Positions 61,771 through 64,000 of a stretch of DNA of 64,000 nucleotides are shown piece after piece. Location: the NCBI GenBank assembly GCA_037445065.1, contig JBBILD010000006.1, positions 96,001-160,000 on the forward strand. The letters run 5' to 3'. Source of the DNA: Myxococcales bacterium (lineage in GTDB: Bacteria; Desulfobacterota; Binatia; HRBIN30). The position numbers and the translations under genes were made by a program. The stretch's first letter is position 1; the number at the start of each line of letters is the position of its first letter. Below the pieces are notes generated by a model, which was not told the DNA's origin, ran no database searches, and saw only the letters and a list, made by a program, of their open reading frames with translations.

Positions 61771-63852
61771 ATGCGAGAGTGGTCCCGCCTAGGAGCGGGC
61801 GTCGGCTTGGTCTTGTTTTTGTTGGTGGGGACGCAGCTCGAAGCACAAGTTTGTACCGGGGACTGCTCGGCGGACAACGAAGTCACCATTGATGAGATCA
61901 TCCTTGCGGTCAACATTGCTTTGGGATCGGCGGCTTCCTCCGCCTGCACTGCAGCGGATCAAAACGGCGACGGAGAAGTCACCATCGACGAGATCATCCA
62001 GGCGGTGAACAACGCCTTGAATGGCTGCACTCAGAGCACCCAGGACCCGTGGTTCTTCCAAAACCCGGCTCCCTCCGGCGAAGACTTGTTCGCCGTCAGC
62101 TTTCCCGACGCGCAGCACGGCTTTGCGGTGGGCAGCTTTTCCGAAGTCGTGCGCACGCGCGATGGTGGCCAGACGTGGGAGTCGGTGGCCGTCAATGACT
62201 TCTGGAACTTTTTTGCGGTCCGCTTCCTCGACGCGCAGCGGGGTTGGGTGGTCGGTGAGGCAGGGACCATGTACTTCACTGCCGACGGCGGAGACACGTG
62301 GAGTTCTCGTACCAGCGGAACGCAGCAAGACTTGAACGGGCTCGTCTTCCTTGATCCGGCGCGCGGCTTCGCGGTGGGCAGCGGAGGCGTGCTCCTGCGC
62401 ACGTCGGATGGTGGCGACACCTGGAATTCCACGGTGCTCAATGCCAGCCGGGATCTCTTTGCCATCAACTTTGCGGGACCGCAGCGCGGTTGGATCGTCG
62501 GCACGATGGGGAGCATTTGGCATTCAAGCGATAGCGGTGCGAGTTGGCAGACCCAGGCAAGCAATACTGGGGTGACTCTGTACTCCGTGGCCTTTGCCAA
62601 CGAGCAGCTTGGCTTGGTGGTGGGAGACAGCGGAACGATTTTACGCACCGAGGATGGGGGCGCCCGCTGGATCCCATCGGTTGCCCCTGAGATCGTCCCG
62701 CTGTACGGCGTGGCTTGGGCCGACGCGCAGACTGCATGGATCGTCGGTGACCTGGATGACTTTGGCGAAGCTGTCATTTTCAAGTCGACGGACGGCGGCC
62801 TCACTTGGACCCGACAAGACAGCCTCAACAATAACCCGCTGTACGGGCTGGCTGCCTTAGCGATCAACGGTGCTCGGGCCGTGGGTGGCGCGGGTACGTT
62901 GCTTGCCACTGATAACGGCGAGACTTGGTCGCTACGGAACCCGGCACCGACCAATGATCTCTACGGCGTGGCTTTCCCACCCGGCGAGCCAAACGTGGGA
63001 TACGCGGTCGGCGATTTCGGAGCCATCGCGGTGACGAGCGATGGAGGAGAGACATGGCTCTCGCGGGATGCCGGGACGACCGCCGGCCTGTTCGCGGTGA
63101 CTTCGATTGACCCCCAACTGGCCTGGGTTGCCGGCCAGGAGGGCTTGATTCTTTACACCCGCGACGGCGGCAGTACGTGGCTTCCGCAGAGTTCCGGAAC
63201 CACCGCTTCGTTGTTCGGTATCCAGTTCGTGACCGGTACGCAGGGGTGGGCGGTCGGCGAGAGCGGAACGATTCGCGTAACCACGGACGGCGGTGGCACT
63301 TGGCGCGGGCAAAGCAGCGGCACCACACAGGACTTGTTTGGCGTTCGCTTCGTGGACGTGTCTACCGGGTGGGTCGTCGGGGATAACGGCACGATCCTGC
63401 GCACCACCAACGGTGGTGCGACCTGGCAGCGGCAAGCCAGCGGTACGACTGAGCCACTCTTTGCCGTGGCTTGCGTGGACGCATCGACTTGCTGGGTCGT
63501 CGGTGGTAGCGGGCAGACCGATACCACCCCTCCGGTTCAGGTCCTGCTTAAAACCACCGACGGAGGACAAAGCTGGACGCAGCAAAATGTCTTTTGCGGC
63601 AGCAACCCTTCAGTTCCAGACAGTTCCGCTTGCCCAGACCCGCTTTTCGCCATTGTGGCGTTCGATCGGCAGACGGCTTGGGCGGTTGGGGATTTTGGTT
63701 TGATCTTGGCCACACGGGACGGGCAGCGGTGGGAGCCGCAAGCGAGCCCCACGGATGACCTACTGAATGCTCTCGCGTTCCCCACCCGGCAGGTGGGTTA
63801 CATTGTTGCAACCCGCGGCACCATCTTGAAAACAGAGACGGGAGGTTTTTGA
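61771..63852 (+). CDS. Secreted YCF48-like beta-propeller protein with N-terminal dockerin-like domain
   Basis: Signal peptide; CTGDCSADNEVT..DQNGDGEVT..GC; ~14 GW.VG..G....T.DGG.TW Asp-box repeats. Confidence 0.9.
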   Translation: MREWSRLGAGVGLVLFLLVGTQLEAQVCTGDCSADNEVTIDEIILAVNIALGSAASSACTAADQNGDGEVTIDEIIQAVNNALNGCTQSTQDPWFFQNPAPSGEDLFAVSFPDAQHGFAVGSFSEVVRTRDGGQTWESVAVNDFWNFFAVRFLDAQRGWVVGEAGTMYFTADGGDTWSSRTSGTQQDLNGLVFLDPARGFAVGSGGVLLRTSDGGDTWNSTVLNASRDLFAINFAGPQRGWIVGTMGSIWHSSDSGASWQTQASNTGVTLYSVAFANEQLGLVVGDSGTILRTEDGGARWIPSVAPEIVPLYGVAWADAQTAWIVGDLDDFGEAVIFKSTDGGLTWTRQDSLNNNPLYGLAALAINGARAVGGAGTLLATDNGETWSLRNPAPTNDLYGVAFPPGEPNVGYAVGDFGAIAVTSDGGETWLSRDAGTTAGLFAVTSIDPQLAWVAGQEGLILYTRDGGSTWLPQSSGTTASLFGIQFVTGTQGWAVGESGTIRVTTDGGGTWRGQSSGTTQDLFGVRFVDVSTGWVVGDNGTILRTTNGGATWQRQASGTTEPLFAVACVDASTCWVVGGSGQTDTTPPVQVLLKTTDGGQSWTQQNVFCGSNPSVPDSSACPDPLFAIVAFDRQTAWAVGDFGLILATRDGQRWEPQASPTDDLLNALAFPTRQVGYIVATRGTILKTETGGF

Positions 63853-63870
63853 TCGCAACGGAATGCGGCG

Positions 63871-64000
63871 TTAGCGCACTCGCTCGTGCGCTCGGAAGAG
63901 GCGCTGGATTTGTTGCCGGTACGGGGCGCGGATCACGCCGCGCTCGGTGATGAGGGCCGATACGAACCGCGCAGGCGTGACGTCGAAGGCCGGGTTGGCA
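63871..64000 (-). CDS. mtnA: Methylthioribose-1-phosphate isomerase, C-terminal fragment (runs off the window)
   Basis: Manual translation [27 protein letters not shown]...RVR*. Confidence 0.85.
   Translation of the reverse strand, partial: ANPAFDVTPARFVSALITERGVIRAPYRQQIQRLFRAHERVR

Overview
GC-rich bacterial chromosomal window, mostly housekeeping and metabolic genes. The gene mix and the disulfide-type dockerin-like tags suggest, by inference only, a Candidatus Binatia/deltaproteobacteria-like organism. About 45 CDS are supportable, including a haloalkane dehalogenase (partial), a GMC oxidoreductase with a membrane partner, bioF-bioA-bioD, tatD, a hybrid histidine kinase, ilvD, ilvB, gshA and gshB (35 kb apart), cobB, lepB, mpg, amrS, a STAND-type adenylate/guanylate cyclase and partial mtnA. 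I found no rRNA, tRNA, CRISPR array or prophage. Highlights: (i) two unrelated secreted proteins share a 59-aa, 4-Cys dockerin-like tag (32/59 identical), and a 2981-aa isopeptide/DUF11-repeat surface protein ends in a Pro/Thr linker and an unrecognised Cys-rich domain; together these are a candidate non-cellulosomal surface-assembly system; (ii) a composite GTAG-REP/REPIN element occurs twice, inverted (165-bp core, 139/165 identical, ungapped), one copy sitting in a ~2 kb mobile-DNA graveyard with a second hairpin family and an IS1182 remnant; (iii) a DksA/TraR-BON fusion lies next to Hsp20, each with a sigma54-type -24/-12 motif; (iv) a HlyD gene has an in-frame TGA; (v) a TetR gene is divergent from an AurF-like di-iron gene, with a clear promoter and operator; (vi) a candidate structured RNA lies at 39.8 kb. 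All family calls come from motif recognition by eye, not database searches. Many start codons were re-picked from the ORF track using RBS and overlap evidence.
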